A stretch of 64,000 nucleotides of DNA from a virus (IMGVR_UViG_3300010965_000001:64001-128000); one strand, 5' to 3'; shown: positions 47,474 to 58,213, numbered from the stretch's first letter. Program-made: numbers and translations. Notes: a model not told the origin generated them from the sequence alone.

Positions 47474-48121
47474 TTAATATTCTTTTTTAACAGATGGTTT
47501 AGGTGCCTGTTGCATCTTTCCCTTCTTTGCTTGATTTACTGCCGCGGCCGCTTCTTCATGTGACATTCCTTGCTTCGTTCGTAATTCATAATACTTTGAA
47601 CCTGCATGTGTATTCAATGGTTCACGTGCTTCATTCAAATCATCTTCGGTGTTTGTAACTTCCGCCTGTTTGTGTTTACGATAGTATGCTTCCTCTTCTA
47701 TCCCAACGGGACTTTCGTCCATTCCCATCGCTTCCATCTGTTCATCTGGAACATCGAAGTAACGATTTAAGATAACACCCATATCCTCATAGAGAGTTAA
47801 CATTCTCTGTTGGAGTGCCTGTGCTTCACCAGCGACTTTGGCAAACTCTTTAGCATATGTTTTAAGTTCTTTTGTATTACGTTTGATGGTAATATTATCG
47901 AACCATGTATCACTCTTTGATACTAAATAGTGTTCAGCGTTCTGCGCAAGGGAGTCAAAATATTGTGCAATCTGCTTGTATTTACCTAAGTTATATAGTA
48001 TTTTGCCAAGAGATTTAAACTTCGTAATCTGCTTGTCAAAATTACCTTTAACCTGCTCAATATTAACTTGTGGCTGGTCTTGCTTGTCCTTTATTTGTTC
48101 GTACATTTCTTTAAGTTTCAC
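47474..48121 (-). CDS. head-module hypothetical protein
   Basis: MKLKEMYE start; WFD.IT.KRN.KEL...F.K.A.E..L.QR...LYEDMG..LNRYF core. Confidence 0.7.
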   Translation of the reverse strand: MKLKEMYEQIKDKQDQPQVNIEQVKGNFDKQITKFKSLGKILYNLGKYKQIAQYFDSLAQNAEHYLVSKSDTWFDNITIKRNTKELKTYAKEFAKVAGEAQALQQRMLTLYEDMGVILNRYFDVPDEQMEAMGMDESPVGIEEEAYYRKHKQAEVTNTEDDLNEAREPLNTHAGSKYYELRTKQGMSHEEAAAAVNQAKKGKMQQAPKPSVKKEY

Positions 48122-48122
48122 G

Positions 48123-48986
48123 TTATTCTCCCATTATGTGTTTTATGGATTGCTGAACCGCTTCTCTAATTTCTTGATTTGTTACTTTTGGTGATGGTCT
48201 TGTTGGTAAAATCGACTGCTTTGGTTCTGCATTTACTTCAGGTTCTGCACCGAAATCTTCTTCACCTTCGGGTGCTCCTTCGTCATTACCGATGATTTCC
48301 AACGTTACGGAACGATTTAAGAATGCACCACCTGTTAAATGCTTTAAGTCCACTCTTGAAATAGATGAACCTTTAACACCAAATTTCAGATATGACATTC
48401 TATGACCACTTGATACATCAACTAATGAGACTTTAATCGAATCTTGAATAAGATGAAAATCACCTTCTGCAAGTTTCAATCCTTGATTCTTTGCTAACAC
48501 ATTTGTAATATAATTTGTTGTTTCTTCATCGAAGTTGAAGTTCAATACCACCCGTGGTTGATTGTCTTCTATTTCAACTTCAATTTCACCAAATGTGATT
48601 TTTGCTTCTCTTGGTGCATCACCCTGTTCTGACAAGAGTTGTGCATCTTCTGTTAAGTTGTATCGTTCGAAAAATTCGACCAATTGACCAGCAAGTTCAA
48701 TACGTTCATTCTTAGGGAACATTTCATTCCATAAATATTTGCGAACTGTCATTTCCGCTATGTATTTCTTCGCTGCGAACTCAACAATCGACATAATATT
48801 ATTCTTTGCTCCTCTGTTAGAGTAGTTTTCCTTCATAACTTGTGAGCGTAAATGTTTGAATGACGGAACCACCTTCTGATTGAATGTCTGCCAATCCTTA
48901 AAGATATACTCTTTTAAGGTTTGAATGCCAATCTTATCTTCGGCTGGAATCTCTTTTCGTTCATTTAAGATGTCAGTAAGTTTCAT
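48123..48986 (-). CDS. head-module hypothetical protein
   Basis: MKLTDILNE start; GTG initiation; tight operon. Confidence 0.65.
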   Translation of the reverse strand: MKLTDILNERKEIPAEDKIGIQTLKEYIFKDWQTFNQKVVPSFKHLRSQVMKENYSNRGAKNNIMSIVEFAAKKYIAEMTVRKYLWNEMFPKNERIELAGQLVEFFERYNLTEDAQLLSEQGDAPREAKITFGEIEVEIEDNQPRVVLNFNFDEETTNYITNVLAKNQGLKLAEGDFHLIQDSIKVSLVDVSSGHRMSYLKFGVKGSSISRVDLKHLTGGAFLNRSVTLEIIGNDEGAPEGEEDFGAEPEVNAEPKQSILPTRPSPKVTNQEIREAVQQSIKHIMGE

Positions 48987-49002
48987 TATTTATTCCTTTT
49001 TA

Positions 49003-49785
49003 TTAAAATCCGCTTTTAAGTTGTGACGCGTACGAACGTGCTTCCGCATAACTATTATTGGTATCTATTTCTCTCCGTTTTCCACCATTTGTATTACTAT
49101 CTCTCCATCGTTCAAACTCTTCAAGTGGTTTGGCATATGGTGAATTTGATGGGAATAATACGGCTGTTTTAACTGTATCTCCGTCTACCATGATTACCTC
49201 ATATTTATAATCACCATCTACTTCATTAACTGTATTCTTTTTAAGATATGCACGATTTATTTTTGCCGCTGGCAACGTTGACTGTCGCTGTAATGTTTTT
49301 TTGATTTCCATTGCATGTTGGAGATTGTCTGCGAAATCAATTTCACGTTCTTCACCTTCTGGTGCCGCCTTCTTCCAATTAAGGAACTCAAAATATGGTT
49401 TACCATAAGCACCGTCTGATGGATACAATATAGCCAACTTAGACAGCATTCCATTATATGATATAGCCCTAAACATTCGTTGTGGTTTTCCTGCTTCTTG
49501 AACAGGTGCAGTTTTCATCTGTTGTAAAATTGCTTTTGCTTCATTATAGTCTTTTGCAAACAAAAGTTTACGTCCTTGACCACCGTTCTTCTGTGACCAA
49601 TTTATATAATTTGCATATGGAAATCCACCAGCACCTTCGTATCCTTCTGGATATGCTACTAAAACTTCAGTATCACCAACTTTTCCTTTTGATGCAACAT
49701 ACTTGGTGTTGTATTGGTCATTTACTGATGGAGTGTATTCCTCTGTAAATTTATCAAAATTTTCTCTAAGTAAATGAAAGTTCAC
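49003..49785 (-). CDS. hypothetical protein with three ~60-aa internal repeats
   Basis: Three copies of (V/I/L)(Y/F)P....(G/A)(F/K)PY..(Y/F).(N/R)W......R......(Y/L)..A......(M/L)(K/Q). Confidence 0.7.
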   Translation of the reverse strand: MNFHLLRENFDKFTEEYTPSVNDQYNTKYVASKGKVGDTEVLVAYPEGYEGAGGFPYANYINWSQKNGGQGRKLLFAKDYNEAKAILQQMKTAPVQEAGKPQRMFRAISYNGMLSKLAILYPSDGAYGKPYFEFLNWKKAAPEGEEREIDFADNLQHAMEIKKTLQRQSTLPAAKINRAYLKKNTVNEVDGDYKYEVIMVDGDTVKTAVLFPSNSPYAKPLEEFERWRDSNTNGGKRREIDTNNSYAEARSYASQLKSGF

Positions 49786-49786
49786 A

Positions 49787-50401
49787 TTATTCTCCCGTTA
49801 AAATTTCTGTAATAATCTTGTTAATGCGTGCATACTTGCCAAGTTGTTTATCCATTACCAAATCCACACCTTCATTCATACGATTACTTGGATGCATGAA
49901 TGCTCCTTGAGTAGAAGGATTTGATACAAAATCAAATGCGATAAGTTCAAAGTCATCTTGAACGATGTTGTTATTTGATTCGTCCATTTTAACTGAGCCT
50001 AATCCTCTTGAACTGATACCTAACTTAATTCCTGCTCTGAATAATTCTTTTAAAATGTTTCCAGAAGGTGTTCCAAGAACTTCAATCTCACCCATTAAGT
50101 TGTTAGAGTCCCACCAAATTCTACGAACATTGTGACTTGCATTATTCAAGTTTACAATGGAACTGTCGGGATGGTCTAACTCACCAAGTGCTCTACGTTC
50201 TTTAACTTGAATTTCGGAATATTTCTTAGATTCACGCATAAGAACTTCTGCAGGATATACTCTTCCATTTTGGTTCTTTGCTTCCGCGCGCTGAAGAACT
50301 CCACCGACTATTAACGGTTTATTCTGTGAGATGCTTTCGTTTACTAATTCGGTTGATACATCGAACAAAATGGTATTTATAAGTAATTGTCTGCCGTCCA
50401 T
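49787..50401 (-). CDS. prohead core protease (T4 gp21-like)
   Basis: LQRAEAKNQNGRVYP, GELDHP, LGISSRGLGS, FDFVSNPSTQGA. Confidence 0.95.
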   Translation of the reverse strand: MDGRQLLINTILFDVSTELVNESISQNKPLIVGGVLQRAEAKNQNGRVYPAEVLMRESKKYSEIQVKERRALGELDHPDSSIVNLNNASHNVRRIWWDSNNLMGEIEVLGTPSGNILKELFRAGIKLGISSRGLGSVKMDESNNNIVQDDFELIAFDFVSNPSTQGAFMHPSNRMNEGVDLVMDKQLGKYARINKIITEILTGE

Positions 50402-51498
50402 TATTTCATCCTTTTCTTAATCACCTGTTTAGGTGCTGCTGGTTGAATTGCGAATTTATCGGAAAGTTTATCCAAATAATTCATCATCTTTACTAATTCC
50501 TGTGCTAACCCTCTATCACCACCACGTGCGTACTTTGTCGCCAACTCTTTTGTTGTTGCACGAAGTGCTTCAAGTTCTTCCAATTTGCTTTCTTCGGGTT
50601 TAATATCTTCGTAAATTTCACGAATCATATGTGAAAGTTCCGCAATTTCTTCAGGTTTTGGTGGAGCCTCCTCCTCACCCTCTGGAGGTAATTCCTCGCC
50701 TTCTGCCCCCGTTGGTGCACCTTCTGCCCCTGGTTCTGCGGGCGGGAGTGGTTGTCCGTCAGGTCCGACTTCTCCACCTTCTGGTGGCATTTCTTCGCCC
50801 GTTGGAGGCATCGTCATTCCGCCTCCCCCGCCGCCACCCGTCGAACCTCCACTACCCCCTCCAACATCACCCATATCTCCACTTGGTGCGGGAGGTGCGG
50901 CACCTGCCTCAGCACCGCCATCAATGTTGTCATTTGGTTGACCACTCATTGGGTCTTCAATTTTTGCTAAGTTATAATAGACAACATCCAAAATATCTTT
51001 ACGTAAGAAATATTCGTCCGCTTTCATATTCACACCAGTTTCCTTCGTGAAGTCACGTGCGGCTCGTTGGATGAAATCTTGATATACTTTGAATGCATCT
51101 TCCTTCGTAAAGGTTCCGTCTGCCTGCATTCTGTCAAACAATTCTTTAATATCTTTCATGTCTTCTTTGTAACGTTCACTTCCCATCACAAAGTCCATCA
51201 ATTCTTTTGCTTGGTCAGACATTTTAATATCAAAGTCTACTTTGTTAATAACATCCTCAAATAGTTTACGACGAGTTTCGGAAATTGCACCTTTACGTTT
51301 CGGAGGTGCAAGTTTCATACCTAACACTGTTCCAATTTTCTTACGTCTTGCCTCACCCTTGGAAGTGCCACCAGTAAATGCGTTTGGAGTTTGAATAATG
51401 TCCGTCCCAGTTCCAATTGTACCAGATGACGCAGTAGAATTCATCTCTTGCATTATAGCAGTTCTAATAAGTTTACGGAGTTCGTGAAGTTTAGCCAT
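50401..51498 (-). CDS. head-module hypothetical protein with a G/P/E-rich disordered segment
   Basis: N-terminal TPNAF motif; low-complexity linker; coupled to the protease gene. Confidence 0.65.
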   Translation of the reverse strand: MAKLHELRKLIRTAIMQEMNSTASSGTIGTGTDIIQTPNAFTGGTSKGEARRKKIGTVLGMKLAPPKRKGAISETRRKLFEDVINKVDFDIKMSDQAKELMDFVMGSERYKEDMKDIKELFDRMQADGTFTKEDAFKVYQDFIQRAARDFTKETGVNMKADEYFLRKDILDVVYYNLAKIEDPMSGQPNDNIDGGAEAGAAPPAPSGDMGDVGGGSGGSTGGGGGGGMTMPPTGEEMPPEGGEVGPDGQPLPPAEPGAEGAPTGAEGEELPPEGEEEAPPKPEEIAELSHMIREIYEDIKPEESKLEELEALRATTKELATKYARGGDRGLAQELVKMMNYLDKLSDKFAIQPAAPKQVIKKRMK

Positions 51499-52354
51499 TT
51501 TTCATTCCTTTAAATTCTTTGATAAGTTCGTAATACCGTAAAAGTGAAAGAACATGCTCATCTTTTACAAATTTAATTGTGTCAAATTTATTGAGCATCG
51601 AAACTGTTTCTTGTAATTTGATACGTGTGACGGTATCATCCACTTTACCAAGAAATTGCTTTAACTGTTTCTTGATTCCAGGAATTTGTTGTTTCATGTA
51701 CTCCAATAATTTTGAATTATTTGATGAGTTGTAGATGTATTCTTTTAATACTTTCCTTTGATTCTCATCAAGTTGTGAACTGTATTTACGATTGAATTTA
51801 TCAACGAGCAGTCGATAGGTAATCAATCTAATGTCAGTATTCTCTTTCTCATACTGTTCAAGAATTGTTTCCGTATCTTTCTTTGTTTCTTTGTTAGCAA
51901 CGATATGCTCTATGATTGTAAATCTTTCACGTATGATTTGTTCAGGTGTTGCGGTAATATCATTCTCAAATAACTTATAGATACTCGCATATAACTTGTA
52001 ATTATCAAGTTTGGTATCAAAGAATTTTTCAATATCATAAGATTCTTTAATTTTTTTGATGACTTCGTACTTTTCTTTTCTAAGTTGTTTTTCACTGATG
52101 GTACTACGTGAACGGAGAACTTCTTCCAATAATGCATTTGCCTTCATCTCAGTAGAGAATCGATTACGAATCAAAATTTGATATAATTCCTGCTCTTTAC
52201 CGAGAGCGGTCTTCTTATTAAAGAATTCCTTAATAATAGAAAGTGACGGTGAATTTTCATTCCCGTTGACTGTATCACTTGTTAGTTTTCGTAACAAGAT
52301 TTCAAAGACTATCGCTGGATTTTTTATCTTGCTGTGTTTAATCATATTATTCAT
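51491..52354 (-). CDS. conserved head-module protein downstream of portal
   Basis: KHSKIKN..I.FE.L.R..T.D, YKLYASIY.LFE, KFN.KY..L...Q..VL.EYI. Confidence 0.75.
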   Translation of the reverse strand: MNNMIKHSKIKNPAIVFEILLRKLTSDTVNGNENSPSLSIIKEFFNKKTALGKEQELYQILIRNRFSTEMKANALLEEVLRSRSTISEKQLRKEKYEVIKKIKESYDIEKFFDTKLDNYKLYASIYKLFENDITATPEQIIRERFTIIEHIVANKETKKDTETILEQYEKENTDIRLITYRLLVDKFNRKYSSQLDENQRKVLKEYIYNSSNNSKLLEYMKQQIPGIKKQLKQFLGKVDDTVTRIKLQETVSMLNKFDTIKFVKDEHVLSLLRYYELIKEFKGMKNG

Positions 52355-52992
52355 ATTGTTAGTCTAATAAATTTACAATTAAGAAAATTCTCAATTTCTG
52401 TTTGTCTACGTATATCACACTCACGTAATTTTCCACAAGAATCAAAATGATGTGATTCATCTATTTCAATCACAACATTTTTTTCTTTATCATATCCATC
52501 AACCCAATAACAAAGTTCTTTAATATGATGTTCACCACCATTGAGTGCATGCTGAAAATTATATCCATTTTCTTTTCCATATTGTTCTATCAATTTACAT
52601 GCGTTTGGATTAAAATTTGGAAAAACTACAATATCTTCACCATGCTCAGAATAAAGTTTTTTAATTCTACCGATTGTTGCTAATCGTAAATTTTTTCTCC
52701 ATTCATCCGTCCGAATAATACCTTTTCTTGATTTTCCAATATTATTTTCACTAATAGCACAACTATTACATTTTTTGTTATCTCTTATAGAATATACAAG
52801 AGAATATTTATCTTTATATTCCATAATAGAATTACAGGTTGGACACACTTTTTCAAATGGTGAAGTTATATTGGAATATTTAGTTGGCCCCTTAATACGA
52901 GAATCGTCCAATTTTGTTAATCCTTTATTCCATGCCACCTGTTGCCCAATAACATTTTTATTCCACGGAATATTACCTTTTTTAACTGCCAT
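52351..52992 (-). mobile_element. free-standing endonuclease (Zn finger + NUMOD3-like + Vsr/DUF559-like)
   Basis: CPTC...CNSC; NFNPNACKLIEQYGKENGYNFQHALNGGE...YWVDGYDKEKNVVIEIDESHH; paralog of 33914-34606. Confidence 0.75.
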
Positions 52993-53057
52993 TATTTTTA
53001 CCTTTATAATATTATTTCATACATAAATATAAGAATATTATTAATAATACACAGTTT

Positions 53058-55013
53058 TTAGATGATTAAGTTGCTTTCATCCAGCATTCTTGGTTCTTTT
53101 TTCTCTTCTACCACATGTTCTGTGTTTAAACTTTCGGTAATCATTTCCTTAGTCTTTCTATTCTTCATTTCGTTAATCCACTTATTAGCCGATTCCATTG
53201 GGAAAGGACTTCTATTAGTTTTATTAGGTCTACTTGGATTCAAATCAGTGTTTCTAACTGTATTGAAATATCCAGTTGAACCAAGTGGGTCACGACCTCG
53301 TGGATGGTTGTCTTGTCCATATCCCATCGCAAGTTTATTGAACGAACCCTTCTCATTTCTACGGACATTGGTGGTTCCGAAGTCAATTTCTTCACCGTCC
53401 TGACCAACAGGTTTTACCATCTTTTCATTATTTGTAACCGCAAATTCACGTCCATCAATGTTCAATGATGCTAAATCATGCGGTGTACCGAATGAACGTC
53501 CCGTCTTCTCAGGGTCATTTCCTTCTTCTTCAATCTGTTTCATACGGAAACGTCTACGTGCATCATCCGCTGTTTCTTCACGTTGGGTATCCATATCATC
53601 GTCACTCATATCAAACACATTCTTGTATATCCACGTTGTTGATAAGGTGTTAAGTTCACTTAAGTCCTTAACGAGATTGATTTTCGTCTGTAATAACGCC
53701 AACTTTTCCTGCTCATAAATCGTTGACGGATTTGTCAACTGCAATGAAAAGTCTACCAAGTCTTTATCTTCAAATCCTTGTGAATACAAGTGAACTACCG
53801 CCATCTTGTACAATTCACTCTCTACAATACGTTGAATACGTTCGATTGTTCTTGCAAATCTAACGTCTTCTGCTGCAAGTGTTGCTTTTCCGCCCAATTT
53901 TTCATCAAATCCTAAGAAGGCTTTTGGAATTTTGAGTGCGGCGAACAATTTATTCTTTAAATATTCAATATCGTCTATAGCATTGAACTCAAGTCCAGGA
54001 AGGTTTTCAATTGTTGTAGTGTTATCCCCACCACGAACTGGAAGATAGAAGTCTTCCGTGATGTTCATCATGTTATATTTTAAGTTATAATCACCATTTG
54101 CAGGATTCACATATGGTGCCTTCTTCATCGTATCCATAATACGTTGCATGTATTCATCAACTTGTGGAGGAGGTATATTTCCAATGTCGATTTTGAAGAC
54201 GCGCTTCTCAGGTGCCCTCATAATACGATGGATTAACATAGCATCTTCCATAAGGATTAACTGTTTCCAAAGTTTACGCGCAGGCTCCAACGTTGAGCGA
54301 CCATAAGGTAAGAAGTTTGAATCTCCGAGTAAACGGAAGTGAGCAACTTCATAATTTTGATAGATTGGTGCGTTTGTTCCAACTCGCGATTGGATGTATG
54401 CGGCGTTTTGAACTCTAAACTGAACACTATTTGGATTCATTGGGTCAAATCCTTCTTCTCTCAAGATTTCAAATGTTGAGATTGGGTGAACGTTGACGAT
54501 ACCAAACTTGTCAGATATATCTAACTTCAAGAAGAAGTCACCATACTTACACATACCACGAATCCATCCCCAAAGGTTGAATTCAATGTTAAGAATGTCA
54601 TAGAAAAGATTTTTGAGAACGCTCAATACACGTTCATTGTCAGTCTTGATGGTTAAGCAGTATCCATACTCACTTCGAACAGTCGTTTCATCTGCGAAGA
54701 TGTCAAGTGCTGCTGCAATGATTGGGTCCGTATCCATCGAATCATAGTCTGACAATAGTTCCATACGTGATGCCAAGTAAGGACCAGCAATACCACGACC
54801 AAAACCACTTCCGCCATATCCATTCTGACCACCCAATGGTTTGTTCGCGGAGTGTATCTTAGTGAAACGGTCAATCAAAAAGTTTGTTTCAAGTCCACCC
54901 ATCGATTGAAGATGGTTGGTATCGGAAACTTTTAGTTTCTTTCCACCCAAATTTCTAACGATAACGTCACTTGAAAAAAGTTTTTGTAATCTAGTGAATA
55001 GTTTAGTGTCCAT
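53058..55013 (-). CDS. portal protein (T4 gp20-like)
   Basis: IAAALDI.ADE, CKYGDFF, LMEDAMLIHRIMRAPEKRVFKIDIGN.P, EDFYLPVRG, ALKIPK.FLG. Confidence 0.96.
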   Translation of the reverse strand: MDTKLFTRLQKLFSSDVIVRNLGGKKLKVSDTNHLQSMGGLETNFLIDRFTKIHSANKPLGGQNGYGGSGFGRGIAGPYLASRMELLSDYDSMDTDPIIAAALDIFADETTVRSEYGYCLTIKTDNERVLSVLKNLFYDILNIEFNLWGWIRGMCKYGDFFLKLDISDKFGIVNVHPISTFEILREEGFDPMNPNSVQFRVQNAAYIQSRVGTNAPIYQNYEVAHFRLLGDSNFLPYGRSTLEPARKLWKQLILMEDAMLIHRIMRAPEKRVFKIDIGNIPPPQVDEYMQRIMDTMKKAPYVNPANGDYNLKYNMMNITEDFYLPVRGGDNTTTIENLPGLEFNAIDDIEYLKNKLFAALKIPKAFLGFDEKLGGKATLAAEDVRFARTIERIQRIVESELYKMAVVHLYSQGFEDKDLVDFSLQLTNPSTIYEQEKLALLQTKINLVKDLSELNTLSTTWIYKNVFDMSDDDMDTQREETADDARRRFRMKQIEEEGNDPEKTGRSFGTPHDLASLNIDGREFAVTNNEKMVKPVGQDGEEIDFGTTNVRRNEKGSFNKLAMGYGQDNHPRGRDPLGSTGYFNTVRNTDLNPSRPNKTNRSPFPMESANKWINEMKNRKTKEMITESLNTEHVVEEKKEPRMLDESNLII

Positions 55014-55019
55014 ACTTAG

Positions 55020-55811
55020 TTACTCCAATATTTCTATAAATTCACAATTTAAAAAATTAGTAATTTCCAATTTTCGTTTTTTATCACACTCTTCTTTTCT
55101 TTTGTGGTGTTTTTCGTAATATTCAATAACCACATTCTTTTCTTTGTCATATCCATCTACAAAATATCCAAGTTCTTTGATATGATATTCTCCACCGTTA
55201 AGTGCATGCTGAAAGTTATAACCATGTTCTTTACCATATTGCTCTATAATTTCACATGCTTTTGGATTGAAATTTGGAAATTTAACATTATATTTTTCGG
55301 CGTGTGCAATTGATGCCAATCTTAATTTTTTCCGTGTTTCATCTGATGGAACATTGCCTATGTGCGATATACTCAAATTTTTCTTATGTTCATCAGAAAA
55401 AGTTGTTCCAAGTTGAGAAATACTTATCTTATGTTTAGTTTCTTCCGAACAAGTATGAAAATGTTTTCCAGTCTGAGATATACTCATTTTTTTCTTAGAT
55501 TCTTCAGTATGTACCTTTCCATACATCGGGGCATCAATACCTTTATATTTTCCAAATTTAGATTTTGATATTTTGTCTATAGTTTCTTGTGGCATTCCAT
55601 TTTCAAATTGTTTTTTAGATGCTTCTCTGATTTTTTCCTTAGTTTCTTCTGACCGATGTTTTCCAAAATGTGGATGATTTTCTTTATTCATAAAACGTAT
55701 TTTAGCTGAACAAGATTTACAATTAAAATTATTTGCAATGGATTGGTCACGTATTTCCATTGATTTATATATTATTGGTTTTCCACACGTAGGACAAAGT
55801 TTTTCAAACAT
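55020..55811 (-). mobile_element. free-standing endonuclease (Zn finger + multiple NUMOD3 + Vsr/DUF559-like)
   Basis: CPTCG...CKSC; HRSEETK, HTEESK, SEETK, SDETR repeats; YFVDGYDKEKNVVIEYYEKHH. Confidence 0.75.
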
Positions 55812-55842
55812 TTTTACCTCATTTAGTGTATAGATATAAATA

Positions 55843-57429
55843 TTAGATTAACCAAATTAAATCTTCTTTTTTCCCACCAACTTGCCAATCCCACGCATTA
55901 TTTGATAATGCTTTTGGTACGAATACTGGTTGCACCTTTGTAATGTGTGATAATGCCACTTTTTGTAACTCAATTCCTTCGGTTCTTAAACGAAGTGCCG
56001 TATCTCTAACCCACAATCCAATTGCATATGACATTACTAAGTCATCATTATAACCAGCAATTGCTTCTGCTTTTGCACCGTTAAAGATATAAGTAAAGAG
56101 TTCATCAATTAATCGCTTACTTCTAATAGTTACACTATAATCTCTCATATATGAATCCATTTTAGAGATGATAAGTGGTTTGGTTCGTTGTGTTGTAGAG
56201 AAACCTGCGGTTAATTGTGATTTCTCTTTTAAATCGATTCGTTTATCAAGATTTACTGCGGTATCTACCAATGCCAAATCTTTTGATGCGTAAAATAAGT
56301 TTTGATAATTTCTATCCAATACTTCTTGAATAACTGCCCATCCGATATTTGCATTTTCTATAACAAGAAGTGCGTTGTTGTATTCGGTTGCGACCGTTAC
56401 ACACATGCCGCCGAATTCTTTAGTGCCAATCTTTCCTTTATATTCTGCAACTTGCTCAAGAGTTTCCGCGTCAATTACTTGAATAGCGGAGTAGTCATTT
56501 CCATCACCTCTCGCCACGTCAGCACTTACCATGTATGTGCGTGAATAGTCGGGATACTGCCAAATCCAATATGCACTTTCTATTCCACGTTTTTCCATTG
56601 GTTCTTTAACCATTGTATCCATGTATACCTTGAGTACTTCTGGGGGAACGATACTATTACCAGACGAAATAAAGTCCGCATCACATTCCTGCGCCGCAAG
56701 TTTTGCTCCAAGTTTTACAGTCTGCTTATCTCGCCATGATTGGTCACGCTCGGGATGTACTGTCCAATCCATACGTATTGTGTGGAAGTTATTGACTCCC
56801 GACTCAGCCTCTACCCATGTTCTGTGGAAGAAGTTACCAACACCATTTGGCGTGGAAAGAACAATAACATCTCCACCCGTTGATAATGCAGGTTGTGCAC
56901 CAGTCCAAATATCATCAATCTCATCAATGAACGCCGCTTCGTCAATAATAAGTAATGACAATGCTTCTGAACGACCTGCGTCTGGTGAACTTGAAACGGC
57001 TTTGATTTGTGAACCATTTGTAAAACGGATTGAGAGTTTGTTCTGCTCTACCGTCTGATTCTTTAACCAACTTGGAAGGTTTGATTGCATGACTTGAACC
57101 TTTGTGACAAGGTTCTTTGCGGTATCCTGCTTCGTTGCGATAACAAGAATATTTTTGTCTGCGTTGAAGGTCATCAACCATAATGCGTACGCGGCAACAA
57201 GTGTTGAGATACCCAACTGACGTGACTTTAACACGATATTATAGTTGTTATCTCGTAGTTCGTACAACGCATTCTTTTGGAATGGGTATAGAACGAATGG
57301 AATCTTACCTCTAACTGGATGCTGAATGAAGCAATATTTTGACATGAAGTGGACTGGGTCTGCCACGCACTTCACATATTCTTCATGGATTAGTTGCTTT
57401 ACTGTTTTTTGTGCTGGTGTGTCTGCCAT
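55843..57429 (-). CDS. terL: terminase large subunit (T4 gp17-like)
   Basis: KSRQLG, LIIDEAAF, LSTPNG, SADVARG...D.S, NDDLVMS. Confidence 0.96.
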   Translation of the reverse strand: MADTPAQKTVKQLIHEEYVKCVADPVHFMSKYCFIQHPVRGKIPFVLYPFQKNALYELRDNNYNIVLKSRQLGISTLVAAYALWLMTFNADKNILVIATKQDTAKNLVTKVQVMQSNLPSWLKNQTVEQNKLSIRFTNGSQIKAVSSSPDAGRSEALSLLIIDEAAFIDEIDDIWTGAQPALSTGGDVIVLSTPNGVGNFFHRTWVEAESGVNNFHTIRMDWTVHPERDQSWRDKQTVKLGAKLAAQECDADFISSGNSIVPPEVLKVYMDTMVKEPMEKRGIESAYWIWQYPDYSRTYMVSADVARGDGNDYSAIQVIDAETLEQVAEYKGKIGTKEFGGMCVTVATEYNNALLVIENANIGWAVIQEVLDRNYQNLFYASKDLALVDTAVNLDKRIDLKEKSQLTAGFSTTQRTKPLIISKMDSYMRDYSVTIRSKRLIDELFTYIFNGAKAEAIAGYNDDLVMSYAIGLWVRDTALRLRTEGIELQKVALSHITKVQPVFVPKALSNNAWDWQVGGKKEDLIWLI

Positions 57430-57436
57430 AAATGCC

Positions 57437-58201
57437 TTAGAATACTATACGGTAATAACCAATACTCACTTGATTATTCCATGTATTAGGAATATCTTTG
57501 AATGCATTCAATTTGTAATTGACGATAAAGATGTTCTTATCATAAAAGTTGAGGAGAACTCCAACTTTAAATTCGTTAGCACCAAGTTCTCCACCCAATC
57601 CAAGATTCATAAATGGTATATCTTTGGATTTTTCTGGTGCGACTGCGGCTTGGAAATCATACACCTTGAACATATCCAATGTTTGATTTAACGTATCGGT
57701 GAATTTTAATCTCGCAGAGTAAAATCCATTTTCTAATTTGCTTCCAATTGCCGTAATTTTAAATTCATCCATCAACACATTTAATCTACGTGTTGTTGAA
57801 TCTACATAATGAAACTCACCTGAGACAGCGTATGGACGTAAGTATCCCTTGAAGTATGCCACTGAGTCTTTCACTTCTGTTGTGGTATTGACGTAAACCG
57901 TGTCAGGTTTAACTCTTGCCATAAGTAACAACGTAATAATTTCATTCTTCTTCTTAACGTCTTTCGCCATTCCCTCATTTTCTTGCTTAAGTTTATTGAA
58001 TATTTCCTTCTGTGAGGTATATTCATATGCAAGTTTTGTATAGGAACTATCTTTCTCTTTTACAGCGGAGTCCATCATTACGATTCTATTACGTAATTCT
58101 AACTTTTCCTTTTCTATTTGTGACATTCTGTAGTCTGAATAGAAAAATTGACCTATGATTAATACACAGAGTCCGATGATAACCTTCATTTCTAACTTCA
58201 T
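57437..58201 (-). CDS. membrane-anchored coiled-coil protein with a C-terminal beta region, spanin-like candidate
   Basis: N-terminal TM helix (VIIGLCVLIIGQFFY), coiled coil, amphipathic beta strands ending VSIGYYRIVF. Confidence 0.5.
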   Translation of the reverse strand: MKLEMKVIIGLCVLIIGQFFYSDYRMSQIEKEKLELRNRIVMMDSAVKEKDSSYTKLAYEYTSQKEIFNKLKQENEGMAKDVKKKNEIITLLLMARVKPDTVYVNTTTEVKDSVAYFKGYLRPYAVSGEFHYVDSTTRRLNVLMDEFKITAIGSKLENGFYSARLKFTDTLNQTLDMFKVYDFQAAVAPEKSKDIPFMNLGLGGELGANEFKVGVLLNFYDKNIFIVNYKLNAFKDIPNTWNNQVSIGYYRIVF

Positions 58202-58213
58202 ACGTATACCTTT

